A stretch of DNA of 64,000 nt, counting the filler, from Chiloscyllium plagiosum (Eukaryota), in NCBI RefSeq assembly GCF_004010195.1. It is 4 parts of one record of this genome, joined end to end, with 100 filler letters (N's around TTAATTAATTAA, not from the genome) between each part and the next. Parts side by side here need not be neighbours in the genome. Positions count along the whole stretch, not along the records: positions 1 to 15,261 come from NC_057715.1; 3 more parts are not named here. One strand, given 5' to 3'. A program made the position numbers and the translations under genes. Shown here piece by piece: positions 1 to 12,869 of this stretch (position 1 is its first letter; each line of letters opens with the position of its first letter). The notes under the pieces were generated by a model. That model saw only the letters and a list, made by a program, of their open reading frames with translations. It ran no database searches and was not told the DNA's origin.

Positions 1-615
1 GTACCCCACACACCTCACTCCCCCGTAGCCCCACCCCACCCCCCACTCTTCCCACCCTCCTATAGCATCATGCTGCTCTCTCTCACCCTCTCTACCCAAG
101 CCCCTCTTCCCCACTCCGTCCTATCTCCCCCAACCCTGTGTGTGCCGTGCTCTCTCTGTGGGTGCAGTCTCTCTGGAAAGGGAGTAACCTTGGGGCTGTC
201 TGTGTCCGAGTGGCTGGGACTGGGATCAGTCACAATGCCCCGGGGCCAGTGAATATGATCTCCCTTCCTGGAGGGCAATGTACCTTGTGCAGTGTTCACA
301 CTAAGCACACGTTGGTTTTGAGCAGAGACTCCTGTGTTCCAGTTTAAAGGGAGTGTTCATTGCCCTGAAAGCTTCAGTTTGGTTCATTCACCCTGTCAGC
401 CTTTCACACACAGCCCGTAAGGAGGGACCACACGCCATTCCCTCAGTCAGAGCAGCCTCAGCACGTTCCTCTCTCACCTCAGTCTCACACTTGTTGGGGT
501 TTGAAGCCCCAGTGCAGAGGTTTAAACACAGGTGGACACTGTGCAGCATCGAGGGAGTGCTGCAGGGTCACGGACAGATGCTGTATGAAGCTGTCACTCT
601 GTCAGTCTCCCCCTC

Positions 616-690
616 CTCTCTTCTTTTTTCTCTCTCTCTCTCTTTTCTCTCTCTCCCTCTCTCCCTCTCTCCTCTCTCTGTCTCTCAGAT
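616..690. repeat. CT-rich microsatellite
   Basis: Degenerate (CT)n run. Confidence 0.9.
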
Positions 691-904
691 GTAAAAACAT
701 TCCACACATACCGTTCTGAGGGTGTGGAGTAATTCCTTCCATGTTAACACACCTCAACCAGCATCATGTGAAACAGATGGAGCTTGCACAGCTGGTTTTG
801 GGATCTTGCTGTGTACAAAGTGGCTCCTCCTGTGCAGCATTAAACTGTAAAAACATTCTTCATTGGGTGTAAGCAAGATGTCTGCGATAGTAACATGTCT
901 GTGT

Positions 905-1190
905 GGGACAGTGTAGAGGGAGCTTTACTCTGTATCTAACCCTGTGCTGTCCCCGTCCTGGGAGTGTTTGATGGGAGCAGTGTAGAGGGAGCCTTACTCT
1001 GTATCTAACCCTGTGCTGTCACTGCCCTGGGAGTGTTTGATGGAGGGGACAGTGTAGAGGGAGCTTTACTCTGTATCTAACCCCATGCTGTCCCTGCCCT
1101 GGGAGTGTTTGATGGAGGGGACAGCGTAGAGGGAGCTTTACTCTGTATCTAACCCCTTGCTGTCCCTGCCCTGGGAATGTTTGAGGGAGA
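905..1190 (+). repeat. Minisatellite, about 69-72 bp unit, 4 copies
   Basis: Unit gggacagtgtagagggagctttactctgtatctaacc...gggagtgtttgat starts near 905, 973, 1046 and 1118. Confidence 0.93.
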
Positions 1191-1799
1191 TGTATTTTAT
1201 GGCTGTGTGCCTGAACTGAACGTGGGAGGTGATGAGTGGTGCATGTGGTCAGAGAGATTTTCGGTGAATGTTGTTCGTTCTGGGACTGTGCATGGACAGT
1301 GTTAAATGTGGGTTTGACGCTACCCTCTGCCTGTGTAGTAGGAGGCCCAGGGGGGTGTGAATATTGTCCTTTTGACAGCGTCCCTGTTGTTCACGACAGG
1401 CTGCAAGCGTAATATTTACTTTTCTAATTGAGTAAGACAGGAAGCGAAACACACAATTGGAGCCTGAGAACAAACACTGAATGCTTGAGTAAAGTGTCTC
1501 TTCAAACAACTTGAGATAAGGAGGTGAAGCGCTGTCAACAGCACCGGGCAGGTGCTCCTCAGGATTAGCAGCTACTGACAACATCAGTTCACCCTCCTAC
1601 CCTCACTCCACCTCCCGGAAAACATCCAATCCAAACCTTCCAGACAGGAGCAACGTGGATACAAAGCTGGCTGAGTGATGGGAAACAGAGAGTCCTGGTC
1701 AATGGGCATTTTTCAGGCTGGGAGAAGGATTGGAATGGTGTTCCTCCGGGGTTGGTGTTAGGATCCTGCTTTTCCTGTTCTATATTAATGATGATTTGG

Positions 1800-2055
1800 A
1801 GACGTCGGTGTTGGACTGGGGTGTACAAAGTTTTTTTAAAAAATCACACAACGCCGGGTTAGAGTCCAACAGGTTTAATTGGAAGCACTAGCTTTCTGAG
1901 CGCTGCTCCTTAGTTAAAAATCACACAATACTAAGTTTATTTGGAAGCACTAGCTTTCAGAGCGCGCCACTCCATAACCATCTGGCGAAGGAGCAAGGCT
2001 CCAAAAGCTGCTGTTTCCAAATAAACCTGTAACCTGGTGTTGTGCCATTTCTAAC
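1800..2055. mobile_element. Penelope-like terminal repeat in inverted arrangement (family C, degenerate hammerhead)
   Basis: Inverted arms (caacaggtttaattggaagcactagctttc versus gctccaaaagctg...ttccaaataaacctg). Decayed core ctggcga-aggagcaaggctcc-aaaagct near 1982-2009. Confidence 0.6.
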
Positions 2056-2234
2056 TAATATTAATGATCTGGATCTTGTGCAGGGGGCATTTTCAAGATT
2101 TCCAAATGACACTAAACTTGGAAGAATTATAAACCATGAGGAGGACAATGTGGGAGTCCAGGAGGATATTGACCAGTTGGTGGAGTGTGTGTATAGAGAC
2201 CGCAGTTTATAAAGCACACAGTGTCCTCAGCGTT

Positions 2235-2550
2235 ATTAGATTAGATTAGATTACTTACAGTGTGGAAACAGGCCCTTCGGCCCAACAAGTCCACACCGAC
2301 CCGCCGAAGCGCAACCCATCCATACCCCTACATTTACCCCTTTAACCTAACACTACGGGCAATTTAGCATGGCCAATTCACCTGCACATCTTTGGACTGT
2401 GGGAGGAAACCGGAGCACCCGGAGGAAACCCACGCAGACACGGGGAGAATGTGCAAACTCCACACAGTCAGTCGCCTGAGTCGGGAATTGAACCCGGGTC
2501 TACAGGCGCTGTGAGGCAGCAGTGCTAACCACTGTGCCACCGTGCCGCCC
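2235..2550 (-). mobile_element. HE1-like tRNA-derived V-SINE
   Basis: Minus strand starts gggcggcacggtggcacagtggttagcactgctgcctcacagcg (A box), followed by ggttcaattccc (B box), the central V-domain ctgtgtggagtttgcacattctccccg, and a (aatct)n tail. Confidence 0.9.
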
Positions 2551-3499
2551 ACGGTACAGGGTACAGAAGCGAGGAGGTGATGCGGGACTTGTACAAGACA
2601 CTTGTTGGACCTCAGCCGGAAGGTTGGGTACAGCTGTGGGCGCCACGTCATAGGAATGCATCTTTAGGGAGAGCAGAAATGATTTACAAAGATGGTTCCA
2701 GGGACGAGAAATGTCCGTGATGAGGAGAGATTGAGACAATGAGGAATCTGGACAGAATAGACTGGGAGGAACTGTTTCCACTTGTAAAATCGGAGGGTCT
2801 AGGTTTAAAATGATATACAAATGAAGTAAGGATGATGTGAGATTTTCTTTTTCACTCCGTGATTAGTTAGGGTGTGGAACGCGCTACCTGGAAATGTGGT
2901 GGGGGCAGGTTTAACGAAAGCACCCGAGAGGGACATTGGATGGCTGTTTGGTTGGAAATGGCGCGCAGTGATATGGGGAAGCAGCAGGAGATTGGCATTA
3001 GCGGATAGAACCAGTGCTGGCACAGTGGGCTGAATGGCCTCCTTCTGTACCATAACAAGTTTTGAGATTTTGACGGTTGGCTGTGGCTGAGTTGGCAACG
3101 GCCTCACATCTCACCCACACCGTGTTGGGGTTCAAGTTCCATTCCAGGTGGGAGCTCCCAGGGCAGGACTGAGGGGGTGCTGCACTGTCAGAGGGCCCAC
3201 CTTTGAGATGGTGTGAAAGATCATGTGAGCGCTCCTCGAACCAGAGCAGGCTGACAATTGTGGTGGTTGTTAACTCTGTTTGTAAATGATGACAGAGTGT
3301 GGTGTTAGTCTGTTCCTTCATGGGCCTCACTCGGATCTGTTGCCCATTGCTAATTGTCCTTGAGCTGACCAATATGCAGGAACATAGAGATGAGGTTCTA
3401 ATCAGATCAGCCGAGAACTCACTGATTGGTGATGCAGCCTCGAAGGGCCTGTCTTGTTCCTTGTTCACGTGGTGAGGGTGTGAGTGGGTGCAGGACTAA

Positions 3500-3908
3500 T
3501 TAGGCAGCACCGTCACAGAGCTGCCTACTCGCAGAGCGCTTCAGAGAACATCTCCGGGACACCCAGGCCAACCAACCACACCGCCCCGTGGCTGAACGCT
3601 TCAACTCCCCCTCCCACTCTGCCGAGAACATGCAGGTCCTGGGCTTCCTCCATCGCCGCTCCCTCACCCCCTGACGCCTGGAGGAAGAACATCCATCAAC
3701 CCCAGGGCATCAATGTGGACTTCACCGGTTTCCTCATTTCTCCTCCCCTCCCCCCCCCCCGCCCACCTTACCCCAGTCCGATTCCTGATGAAGGGCTTTT
3801 GCACGAAATGTCGACTCTCCTGCTCCTCAGGTGCTGCCTGACCTGCTGCGCTTTTCCAGCACCACACCCTCTCGACTCTGATCTCCAGCATCTGCAGGCC
3901 TCACTTTT
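3500..3908 (+). mobile_element. Penelope-like element 3' fragment (GIY-YIG tail plus terminal repeat, family A)
   Basis: Homologous to the end of the Penelope ORF at 56870-57185. Followed by ctgatga-agggcttttgcac-gaaatgtc and the family A terminal repeat. Confidence 0.8.
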
Positions 3909-4754
3909 GCCTTGCACTGTCACAGAGACAGTGCACGTGGGATGGGCTGAACAGCCTCCTCTTGTGCTATCGGATTCTGCGAGTGTTTGATGTGAAAGCT
4001 TGCTCTCCGTCTTGGCAAAACCAAACAATAGCATTCTGCAGTGTGCCTTGTGCAGTTATTGTGGGCTTCTCTGTGTCTCTCAGGCCCTGTTGTCCCTTTC
4101 TCCAGTATTGTCAATGTTGCTTAGTGATTAACAGGCCGCTCTTCCACATACTGGTTGGAGTGAATACATATCAGATAATACGTGGCTCGGAGCAAACCAC
4201 TCCTTTGTAATTCAGTCCAATGGCTGTGAATACAAACTGTGCTGGAAAGCTGTGGTGTTGATCAGCCGGGCTGGAGGGAGAGGTGGTACTGGAGCCAGAT
4301 GGATACTTCTTCTAAAGAGCTAGCATGGAGATGATAGGATGAATGGTCTCTGTCTGCTCTGTAAGAGTCTGGTATCAGCAGTGTGGCGTGAAGCAGTTAG
4401 GACCTGAAAGGGTTAACTGACTTCACATGATAAGCTCAGGATACGAAGGCAGCGCTACAGGAAGGTGCTAATCAGGTTCCACTCCTTGTTAAAGTGCCAT
4501 GTAGCGACAGTAATGTCCACTTAGAGCGAGGTCTGGTGTGAGATCCTTCCAAGGAATGCTAGTCTCTCAGTTGCAATGTCACCTATCTCTCTGTAATAAA
4601 TCCACAAATTAAAGTGGAATGCTGCAGTTGCTGGAAATCACGCAATGTTACAGCTTGACCACATAAGCAACACGCACACACACACACGGAGGATTAGACC
4701 ATTCAGCCCCTCAAACCTGTTCCACCATTCAGTGAGTCTCTACAGCCTAACTCC

Positions 4755-4918
4755 ATTTACCTGCGTTTTGCTCATCTTTGGACTGTGGGAGGAAACCGGA
4801 GCACCCGGAGGAAACCCACACAGGCACGGGGAGAATGTGCAAACTCCACACAGTCAGTCGCCCGAGGGTGGGATCGAATCCTGGCATTGTGAGGCAGCAC
4901 TGAGCCACCATGCCACCC
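4755..4918 (-). mobile_element. HE1-like SINE fragment
   Basis: V-domain sequence as at 2235-2550. Confidence 0.8.
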
Positions 4919-5222
4919 ATACACTTCACTACTCGGTGTCAGTAGCTGAAACCGATACAATAAGAGGGATTCATGGCCATGAATGTGCCCAAGGAATCTC
5001 CGATAATTCTGGCATCCATGGCCCAAAGAGATAGGACTAGGAGTAGGCTATTCAGCCCATCAACTCTGCCCAGCCATTCAATGCTGATCGTTTTCTAGGT
5101 TGGCGGAGCTGGTATTTGAAAATACACCAAGCAGGATAGGGGTTAAAAATCATACTTAACAAGAGACAAAATTATGTTTATCACTAATACAGGCATTCCA
5201 ATGTAACTCTGGTCTCCCACTT

Positions 5223-5535
5223 GGGGTAGCACAGTGGCCCATTGGTTAGCACTGCTGCCTCACAGAGCCAGGGACCCGGGTTCGATTTCACCCTCAGGCA
5301 ACTGTCCGTGTGGAGTTTGCATATTCTCCCCGTGCCCTCTGGGTGCTCCGGTCTCCTCCCCCAGACCAGAAATGAGCAGGTCAGGTGGATTGGCCATGCT
5401 AAATTACCCGTAGTGTTCAGGGATGTGCAGGGTTAGCCATGGGAAATGCAGAGATACTGGGATAGAGTCGGGGAGGTGGGTCTGGTTGGGATAGATGGGC
5501 TGAATGGCCTGCTTCCACACTGTAGGAATCTATGA
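5223..5535 (+). mobile_element. HE1-like SINE
   Basis: tRNA-like head (ggttagcactgctgcctcacag, gggttcgatt), V-domain and CR1-like tail. Confidence 0.85.
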
Positions 5536-6249
5536 TTTCACATTGTCATGTCTGTAAACCCTGCAGCCCATGTCCTAAGTCTGAATGAATCCTGTGCTGA
5601 CTGCCCTACACTGGCTCCCTGTCGAGTGGTGTTTCGATGTGCTGATTTTAATTGTCCCAGTATTGGTGAAGGAGCCTTCAGCTACCAGGATCCTCGTGTC
5701 TGGATTTCCCTCTCCAAATCTCCCAGCCTCTGTCGTCTCATCTAAGATGGACCTGTTCCTTTATAAGATCCCGGAGATGGAGGAGGCCATTCAGCCCCAC
5801 GTGCCTGTTCCACCATTTAATACGATCGAATCTGATCTCATCTCCGTCTCAACACCCCCCCCTTTTCCGGCCCGCTCTCTATCACCATTAAACCTATTAC
5901 TCGTTAAAAATCTGTCTATCTCCTCCTCTGGGGGAGTGAATTCCACAGATTCATGACCCACTGGGGGAAGTAAATTCCCCTCCTCCTCCCTGTTTTAAAT
6001 TGACCGCCTCTTATCGTAAAACTTTGACTCTTTGGTTAAACTTTGTTTTTGTGCCTGGAGGGTCAGTACTTCAGCAGGAACAACATCCACCTCCTTAAAC
6101 TGCTCGATTTAATAATGTCAATATTTAACCATGTCATTTCAAGTTAACCAAGGTCTAGAATCTGAATGGGTCTGTACACTGTAACAGGCACTGCCCTTCT
6201 CCATATCGCTGTGTTGTTAGATAGGGGAGGCCACCAGGCAATGTATGCA

Positions 6250-6850
6250 GAAAGCTGCAACACAAAGGGACTTAGGGTGGGGTGGGGACTTGTACATGAA
6301 CCACAGAAAGCTAGCACATGGGCAGTAGGGAATCAGGAAGGGTCATGGGATGTTGGCCCTTATTTCAAGGGGGTTGGAGTATAAGAGTAGGGAGGTCTTA
6401 CTGCAACTGTACAAGGTGCTGGGGAGGTCACTGATGGAGCACTGTGAGCTGTTCCCATCCCTTATTTAAGGAAAGATATCATTTCATTGGAGGTAGTTGA
6501 GAGAAGGTTCACTAGGATGGTCCCTGGGATGGGGAGGGATTGTTTTCTGAACAAAGGTTAAACAGGTTGGGACACTACTCCCTGGAGTTTAGAAGAATGA
6601 GAGGGGATCTCATTGAAACATCCAGGATTCTTAAGGGGCTTGAGTGGGTCAATGCTGTGAGGATGTTTCCCCTCATGGGAGGGTCTAGGACCAGAGGGCA
6701 CAGTCTCAGAATAAAGGGGCACCAATTTCAGACTGAGATGGGGAGGAATTTCTCCTGAGGTTTGAGAGTCTTTGGAACTCCTCGTCACAGAGAGCTGTGT
6801 GGGCAGAGTCCTTGTGGATATTTAAGGCTGAGAGAGATTCTTGATCAGTC
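6250..6850 (+). mobile_element. CR1 LINE ORF2 3' fragment
   Basis: Translation LGHYSLEFRRMRGDLIET...RTRGHSLRIKG. Runs into an N gap. Confidence 0.85.
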
Positions 6851-8115
6851 NNNNNNNNNNNNNNNNNNNNNNNNNNNNNNNNNNNNNNNNNNNNNNNNNN
6901 NNNNNNNNNNNNNNNNNNNNNNNNNNNNNNNNNNNNNNNNNNNNNNNNNNNNNNNNNNNNNNNNNNNNNNNNNNNNNNNNNNNNNNNNNNNNNNNNNNNN
7001 NNNNNNNNNNNNNNNNNNNNNNNNNNNNNNNNNNNNNNNNNNNNNNNNNNNNNNNNNNNNNNNNNNNNNNNNNNNNNNNNNNNNNNNNNNNNNNNNNNNN
7101 NNNNNNNNNNNNNNNNNNNNNNNNNNNNNNNNNNNNNNNNNNNNNNNNNNNNNNNNNNNNNNNNNNNNNNNNNNNNNNNNNNNNNNNNNNNNNNNNNNNN
7201 NNNNNNNNNNNNNNNNNNNNNNNNNNNNNNNNNNNNNNNNNNNNNNNNNNNNNNNNNNNNNNNNNNNNNNNNNNNNNNNNNNNNNNNNNNNNNNNNNNNN
7301 NNNNNNNNNNNNNNNNNNNNNNNNNNNNNNNNNNNNNNNNNNNNNNNNNNNNNNNNNNNNNNNNNNNNNNNNNNNNNNNNNNNNNNNNNNNNNNNNNNNN
7401 NNNNNNNNNNNNNNNNNNNNNNNNNNNNNNNNNNNNNNNNNNNNNNNNNNNNNNNNNNNNNNNNNNNNNNNNNNNNNNNNNNNNNNNNNNNNNNNNNNNN
7501 NNNNNNNNNNNNNNNNNNNNNNNNNNNNNNNNNNNNNNNNNNNNNNNNNNNNNNNNNNNNNNNNNNNNNNNNNNNNNNNNNNNNNNNNNNNNNNNNNNNN
7601 NNNNNNNNNNNNNNNNNNNNNNNNNNNNNNNNNNNNNNNNNNNNNNNNNNNNNNNNNNNNNNNNNNNNNNNNNNNNNNNNNNNNNNNNNNNNNNNNNNNN
7701 NNNNNNNNNNNNNNNNNNNNNNNNNNNNNNNNNNNNNNNNNNNNNNNNNNNNNNNNNNNNNNNNNNNNNNNNNNNNNNNNNNNNNNNNNNNNNNNNNNNN
7801 NNNNNNNNNNNNNNNNNNNNNNNNNNNNNNNNNNNCGGGGGGATTGTATTAAGCGAGACGGTTCCCCAAGCTGGGCTTGCTTTGTCTGGAAATTCCGACA
7901 GTAGGAAACAGGTGAGACCTGACCACAATCATATTCATCCAGAAGAGAGTAAGACAGTGGCAGTGTGGCCCTCCCTTCTGCTGTCAATGTTCAAATATTT
8001 CTGGTAATTGTGTCACTGAATCTGACTCATACTGCGGAACGCAGTCTGTCTGTTTGAGGGAGCTGGGATGCTGCAATGACCTACTGTCCAGACTGGAGTG
8101 AACTACCACTTCCTG

Positions 8116-8450
8116 CACACACACACACGCACATACATGCGCACACACAGGTCCATATACACACACTGATACATACACACATGCACACAGACACACACAT
8201 ACAGGTGTATATACACACACACATACATTCAGACACACGCACACAGATACACACACAGATACATATGCACACACGCACACACACAGATACACATACACAG
8301 GTGCATACAGACACACAGATACATACAGACACACACGTGCACACATACACACGTGCACATCACAGATACATACACACAAATACACACACCGATACATGCA
8401 TGCAGATACAGATACATGAACGCAAGCGCGCACACACTCACACACACACA
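8116..8450. repeat. Degenerate (CA)n-rich microsatellite
   Basis: Long CA/TA/CAGA alternating run. Confidence 0.92.
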
Positions 8451-8739
8451 ACCCTCCCACCCCCATCCCCCACAACCCCCCTCCCCCATCTCTCCAGGCT
8501 TGTCTGAGATACACTGCCCTCCCTATGCTGCTGAAGGTCTTGCCCCAGGTCCTAGTGCATGCTGAGGTTAATTGGAGGAATGTCAGGCTGCAGTAGGATG
8601 CTGGGACTGGGAGGGTTTTAGCATCACAGGATAGCAAAGCACAGTGGGAGGCCTTTCAGCCTATCGAGTCTCATTCTACAAGCAATCCAGTTTATCCTCA
8701 CATCCCTAAACCTTTTGCTCCATTGAGTTTATAAAGACA

Positions 8740-9610
8740 TAGGGTATACAGAAAGAAACATTTCCCCTTGATGGAGGGATCAGTGTCTGGGGGGGGATGG
8801 ATTTAAGGTAGAGGGGCAGGAGGTTTAGAGCAGGATGTGAGGGGAAAGTCAGTGTTCACCCAGAGGGTGGTGGGGACCTGGAACTCGCTGCCTGTCAGGG
8901 TGGGAGAGGCAGAAACCCTCCTCACATTGATGCAGGATTTAGATGTGAACTCGTGATACCAAGGTACACAAGGCTATGGGCCACATGCTGGGAAATGGGA
9001 TTAGAATAGTTAGGGGTTGGTTTTGACCAGTACAGACTCTGTGGGCCGAAGGGCCTTTTACTGTGTTCTGTGAATCTAACCCTTTACCCCATCGATCATC
9101 AAAAATGTATCAACCTCTACCTCAATGTTCTGAAAGACTGAGCCCCTGGGATCGAGAATCCCAAATGTTCATCACCCTCTGAGTAAAAGTATTTCCCCTC
9201 ATCTCGGTCCTGAGTGCTAGACTCGATGGGCCAAATGGCCGTTTCCTGTGTTTCAGCGGAATAGAAGCAGGAGTAGGCTATTTGGCCCGTCGAGCCTGTT
9301 CCGCCATTCACTAAGGCCATGGCTGATCTGTCCATCATCTCAGCCCCTCCTCCCTGCATTATCCCCATCACCCTTCATTCCCCAACCAGGCAGAAACCCA
9401 TCCAACTGGGTCCTGAATATATTTAATGAAGCTGCCTCTGTTGCTTCCTGGGACAGAGAATTCCGTAGATTCCCTACTCTCTGGGAGAAGCAGTTCCTCC
9501 TCATCTCTGTCCTAAATCTACTCCCCCTAATCTTGAGGCTATGTCCTGTAGTCCTAGTCTCACTTACCAAAGGAAACAACTCGCCTGCCTCTCTATTATG
9601 TCAATCCCTT
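8740..9610. mobile_element. CR1 3' fragments in both orientations (+ 8740-9075, - 9250-9610)
   Basis: FTQRVV..WN.LP-type C-termini and gggccgaa(g/t)ggcct tails. Confidence 0.75.
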
Positions 9611-10079
9611 TCATAGATTGTAGATAAGCTATGATCTCACCTCTATGACTCTAATACACTAAGTATGTATTGAATTCCCATCTGAAGACATCCATTCAAT
9701 CTTTATCCAGCATCTCACTGGCCAGTGCATCCCAAATCCACCAGCTCATGGGACAGATGTTCCTTATTGTTGTTGAAACATATAAACAAAGACATACAGC
9801 AGGCCATTCGATCTTCAACCTGTTCCACCACCATGGCTGATCTGATTTTAACCTCCATTCTATATTCTAGACCCCCAATAATCTCTCAGCCCCTTTGAGT
9901 TCTGTTGTCAATGATCTCCATGGTGCAGAAGCTAAGGATGCGTCAAGGTTAATGGGAAAGAGGCGGGATTCCAATGGGATCAGACCTCCTGGAAAATTTC
10001 CGGTTATCGTAAGGAGCTGGGAGCACTCTCCTCAGTGTTTGGGTCAACTTTCAGCTTTCTTTATTGACAATCACAAGAG

Positions 10080-10740
10080 AGCTAGGGTCCCAAGTGCAGA
10101 GGGTAATTGAGAAGCCCAATGGGATGTTGGTCTTCATTTCAAAGGGGTGGACTTTAATGGTAGAGAGGCTTTGTTCAAACTATCCAAAGCGCTAGTCAGA
10201 TCACAGCTGGGGTATTGTGAATGGTTTTGGGCCCTGTATCTAAGGAGAGACATCCTGGCATTGGAGACAGTCCAGAGAAGGAGCACTCAGCCGATCCTGG
10301 GGATGGAGGGACTGTCTGATGGGGAGAGGGTGAGCAGGTTGGGCCTGTACTCGTTGGAATTTAGAAAAATGAGAGGTGACCTTGTTGAAACATGTCAGAT
10401 TTTTCAGGGACTTGACAGATGTGGAGCGGTTGTTTCCCCTGGTGGGAGTGTCTAGGACCAGAGGGCATCAACTCACAATAAGGAGTCACCTGTTTAAGAC
10501 AGAGATGAGGAGGAATTTCCTCTCTCTGTGGGGAGTGAATCTGTGGAATCCTTTACCACAGAGGGCTGGGTCATTGAGTCTATTCAGTATAAAGCTGAGA
10601 GAGACAGATTTTTAAACGGGAAGAGTGCTGGGAAAAGGCAGCAAAATCGACGTGAGGTTTATCAAATAAACTATGATCTCATTAAATGGGACAGCAGACT
10701 CAATGGGCTGAATGGCCTACTCCTGCTCCTACATATTACA
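10080..10740 (+). mobile_element. CR1 LINE 3' fragment
   Basis: LGLYSLEFRKMRGDLVET and RTRGHQL...FKTEMRRNF, followed by the CR1 tail. Confidence 0.85.
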
Positions 10741-12371
10741 ATCAGTTATTATGGTCCTACGATCAGTGGAGTAGGAGCGGAGCGCTGAGTGACCTACTCT
10801 AGTTTCTAATTTGTCTCCATTAACGTTATCGAAACCCGATTCACTGTTCCACACTGTTTGTGGACTCTTGCTTTGCATAAAGAGATTGCTGCATTTCTTC
10901 CAACAGGCAGGACTCTCACACAAACAGTTCATTGGTTTTTGAGGTGTAGCTGTGACGGGTGCTTTAGAAATGCAAGTTCCTGACATTCATGAGCTTCCAC
11001 TGGACCATGCCACCATTGAAGTGCAGCCTCTGTAATCCGCCATCATTCCTTCAGTTACAACACAGGCCTGCTCTTCAAAAAGGGCTTCATTAGTTGCAGA
11101 GAGCACCTCTGTACAGCTGCACTGCCTGGCCTGGCGATAAAACTGCTAATTAACTGCATATCTTTATCTTTTCGCTCAATCTTATCAATGCTGCCTTTAC
11201 TTTATGGCATACTCCTCAGGCTGTGTGTGTGTCATCTGCGGTGTCCAACAACAGCGAGAAGAATTTACATTGATATAGCACCCTTTTTAAAGTGGAGGTG
11301 TGGCAGCCAGCAAGTGAATGGCAGGAAGCCCAGTCCATTGTACCCCCTGCCAACCCAGCCCAACCCTTCCCCCAGCTACACTCAAAAACAGAATCTCAAT
11401 CGCGATAGCTGAATGTAGACCAGAGGTTAGAAGACAAAATGTTTATTAAATACTGTCTACAGAAATGGGGGAAGATTTTCAATGCGGACTCGTGCCAGTA
11501 CGAGTCCAACCACATAATTAGAATTTCGTCATGGAAACGTCCAATAGCTGGAGGAGTTGGCTGAGGAAGAAAGAAAGAACTATGTTTTATGTAGCACTGC
11601 TCTCACGTGCAGGTGGTGCAGAGCGTGATACAGATGGTGAATGTTTCTGAATCTGTTCTTTCCTGGCAATAGGAATGTCGCTGGCTCGGCCCAGCATTTA
11701 CTGCTCCACCCTAAATGTCCCTCGGGGTGTTGGTGGATTGACTGCTCTGTAGCAGCTTGACACAGCTGTGGGACGTGTTCAGGCCATTTTAGGGCGTGTT
11801 TGAGAGCTACCCACTTTGCTGTGAGTCTGGGGTCACACATGGGCTGGACCAGGTAAGGATGGCAGACTTCCATTCCCTTGAGGTGATCGATGAATTTGAT
11901 AAAGGGCTTCAGTGGATCTTATGGGATTTAAGAAACCCAGTTGGGTTTTTGCAACAATTACTAATAGAAGTAAAATTTAGAATTAGCTTTAGTGTCCCAT
12001 GTGCTCACATGAGTACTGCGAAAAGTTTACAAGTCTCCACTGACAGTGTCATCTTGGTTACAAAGGTAGCTAGGGACAATTCTTCAGTACAAATTCTTAG
12101 GGAGAAAGTTGGAAAAATAAAGAAATAAAATATCCAGCATTACAGAATAATAGTTTCACGGTTGTCATGAGGGAGGTTCCAACTCCAGGTTTTATTAACG
12201 GAATTGAAATTCAACCAGCTACCATACTGAGATTTGTCACTGTGTTGCCCAGAATGTTAGGCTGGGGTTAGTATTGATCTGGAACATTGTCACTCCTCCG
12301 TTACCTTGACCCTCTTTATGTAGAATGTGGGTCACAGGGTGACTGATTTGTACACGGCAAGGTCCCACAAA

Positions 12372-12387
12372 TAGCGCCCCCTACTGG
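12372..12387 (-). promoter_or_regulatory. Candidate CTCF binding site
   Basis: Minus strand CCAGTAGGGGGCGCTA matches the CTCF core consensus CCAS-Y-AG-RGGGCRC and lies in non-repeat sequence. Confidence 0.6.
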
Positions 12388-12869
12388 TTTCCGATCAGCG
12401 TTCATCTGGGGCTTTGACCTTAAGAGAGTGCGTCCTGCCCCTCTGCCCCGGTTGCTCAGCCACTGGGCACCGCCCGAGGGGAGATCCCTGGCTAATGTTG
12501 GTGGGAACCCCTCCCCAACCCTTCTCTGACTAGGCTCGCAAGATAGAGGTGGCCCATCCTGGGACTAGGGAGTGGTTTTGTTGGGGGTGAGGAAGGGGAA
12601 TCATTGGGGGTTGGAGTCAAGAGCAGAGGTTGGCTATGAGTGGGGTCTCGATTGTTCACAGGTTAGTGCTGTCTGGGCTGCACTGCTTTGACATTTGTGG
12701 GGCTGACTCTTTGTCGTTCGTCCCAGAGCTGAGCTAATTGGATCCCGCCTGGGGGGGGAGCGCAGAGAGGTCCCTCAGCGACCATTGTGGCTGTGAATTG
12801 AACTGATCAAGACCTCGACGTGTGGCCCAGCAGGAAAGTGAAGGTTCACCCTATGATTAGTAACGAGGA

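Larger units (their letters stand above)
1620..3065 (+). mobile_element. Degenerate CR1 LINE 3' portion interrupted by a Penelope terminal repeat and an HE1 SINE
   Basis: CR1 ORF2 remnants and a CR1 3' UTR ending in gggctgaatggcctccttctgtac. The attaatgat context recurs on both sides of the insert at about 1800-2055. Confidence 0.75.

Noticed and set aside
905..1190. CRISPR-like periodicity (also the 33-bp and 37-bp arrays)
   Set aside because: There are no unique spacers and no cas genes, and the context is eukaryotic. These are plain tandem repeats.
2480..2550. tRNA-like A/B boxes (also 5225, 16670, 23912, 50000)
   Set aside because: These are SINE heads continuous with SINE bodies, not tRNA genes.
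3925..3945. acagtgcacgtg, a partial match to miR-139 (hosted in a PDE2A intron in mammals)
   Set aside because: Only 12 nt match, the TCT 5' end is missing, no hairpin partner is present, and it sits in a CR1-tail-like context.
4084..4131. Acceptor followed by ALLSLSPV, echoing PDE2A DALLSLGSV
   Set aside because: There is an in-frame stop at the 16th codon and no further similarity.
6762..8007. Long ORFs spanning 6851-7835 (and similar ones over 34169-34389 and 35008-35111)
   Set aside because: They are open only because N codons are not stops.
7984..8637. Cys/Val- and His/Thr-rich ORFs
   Set aside because: They are translations of the CA microsatellite.
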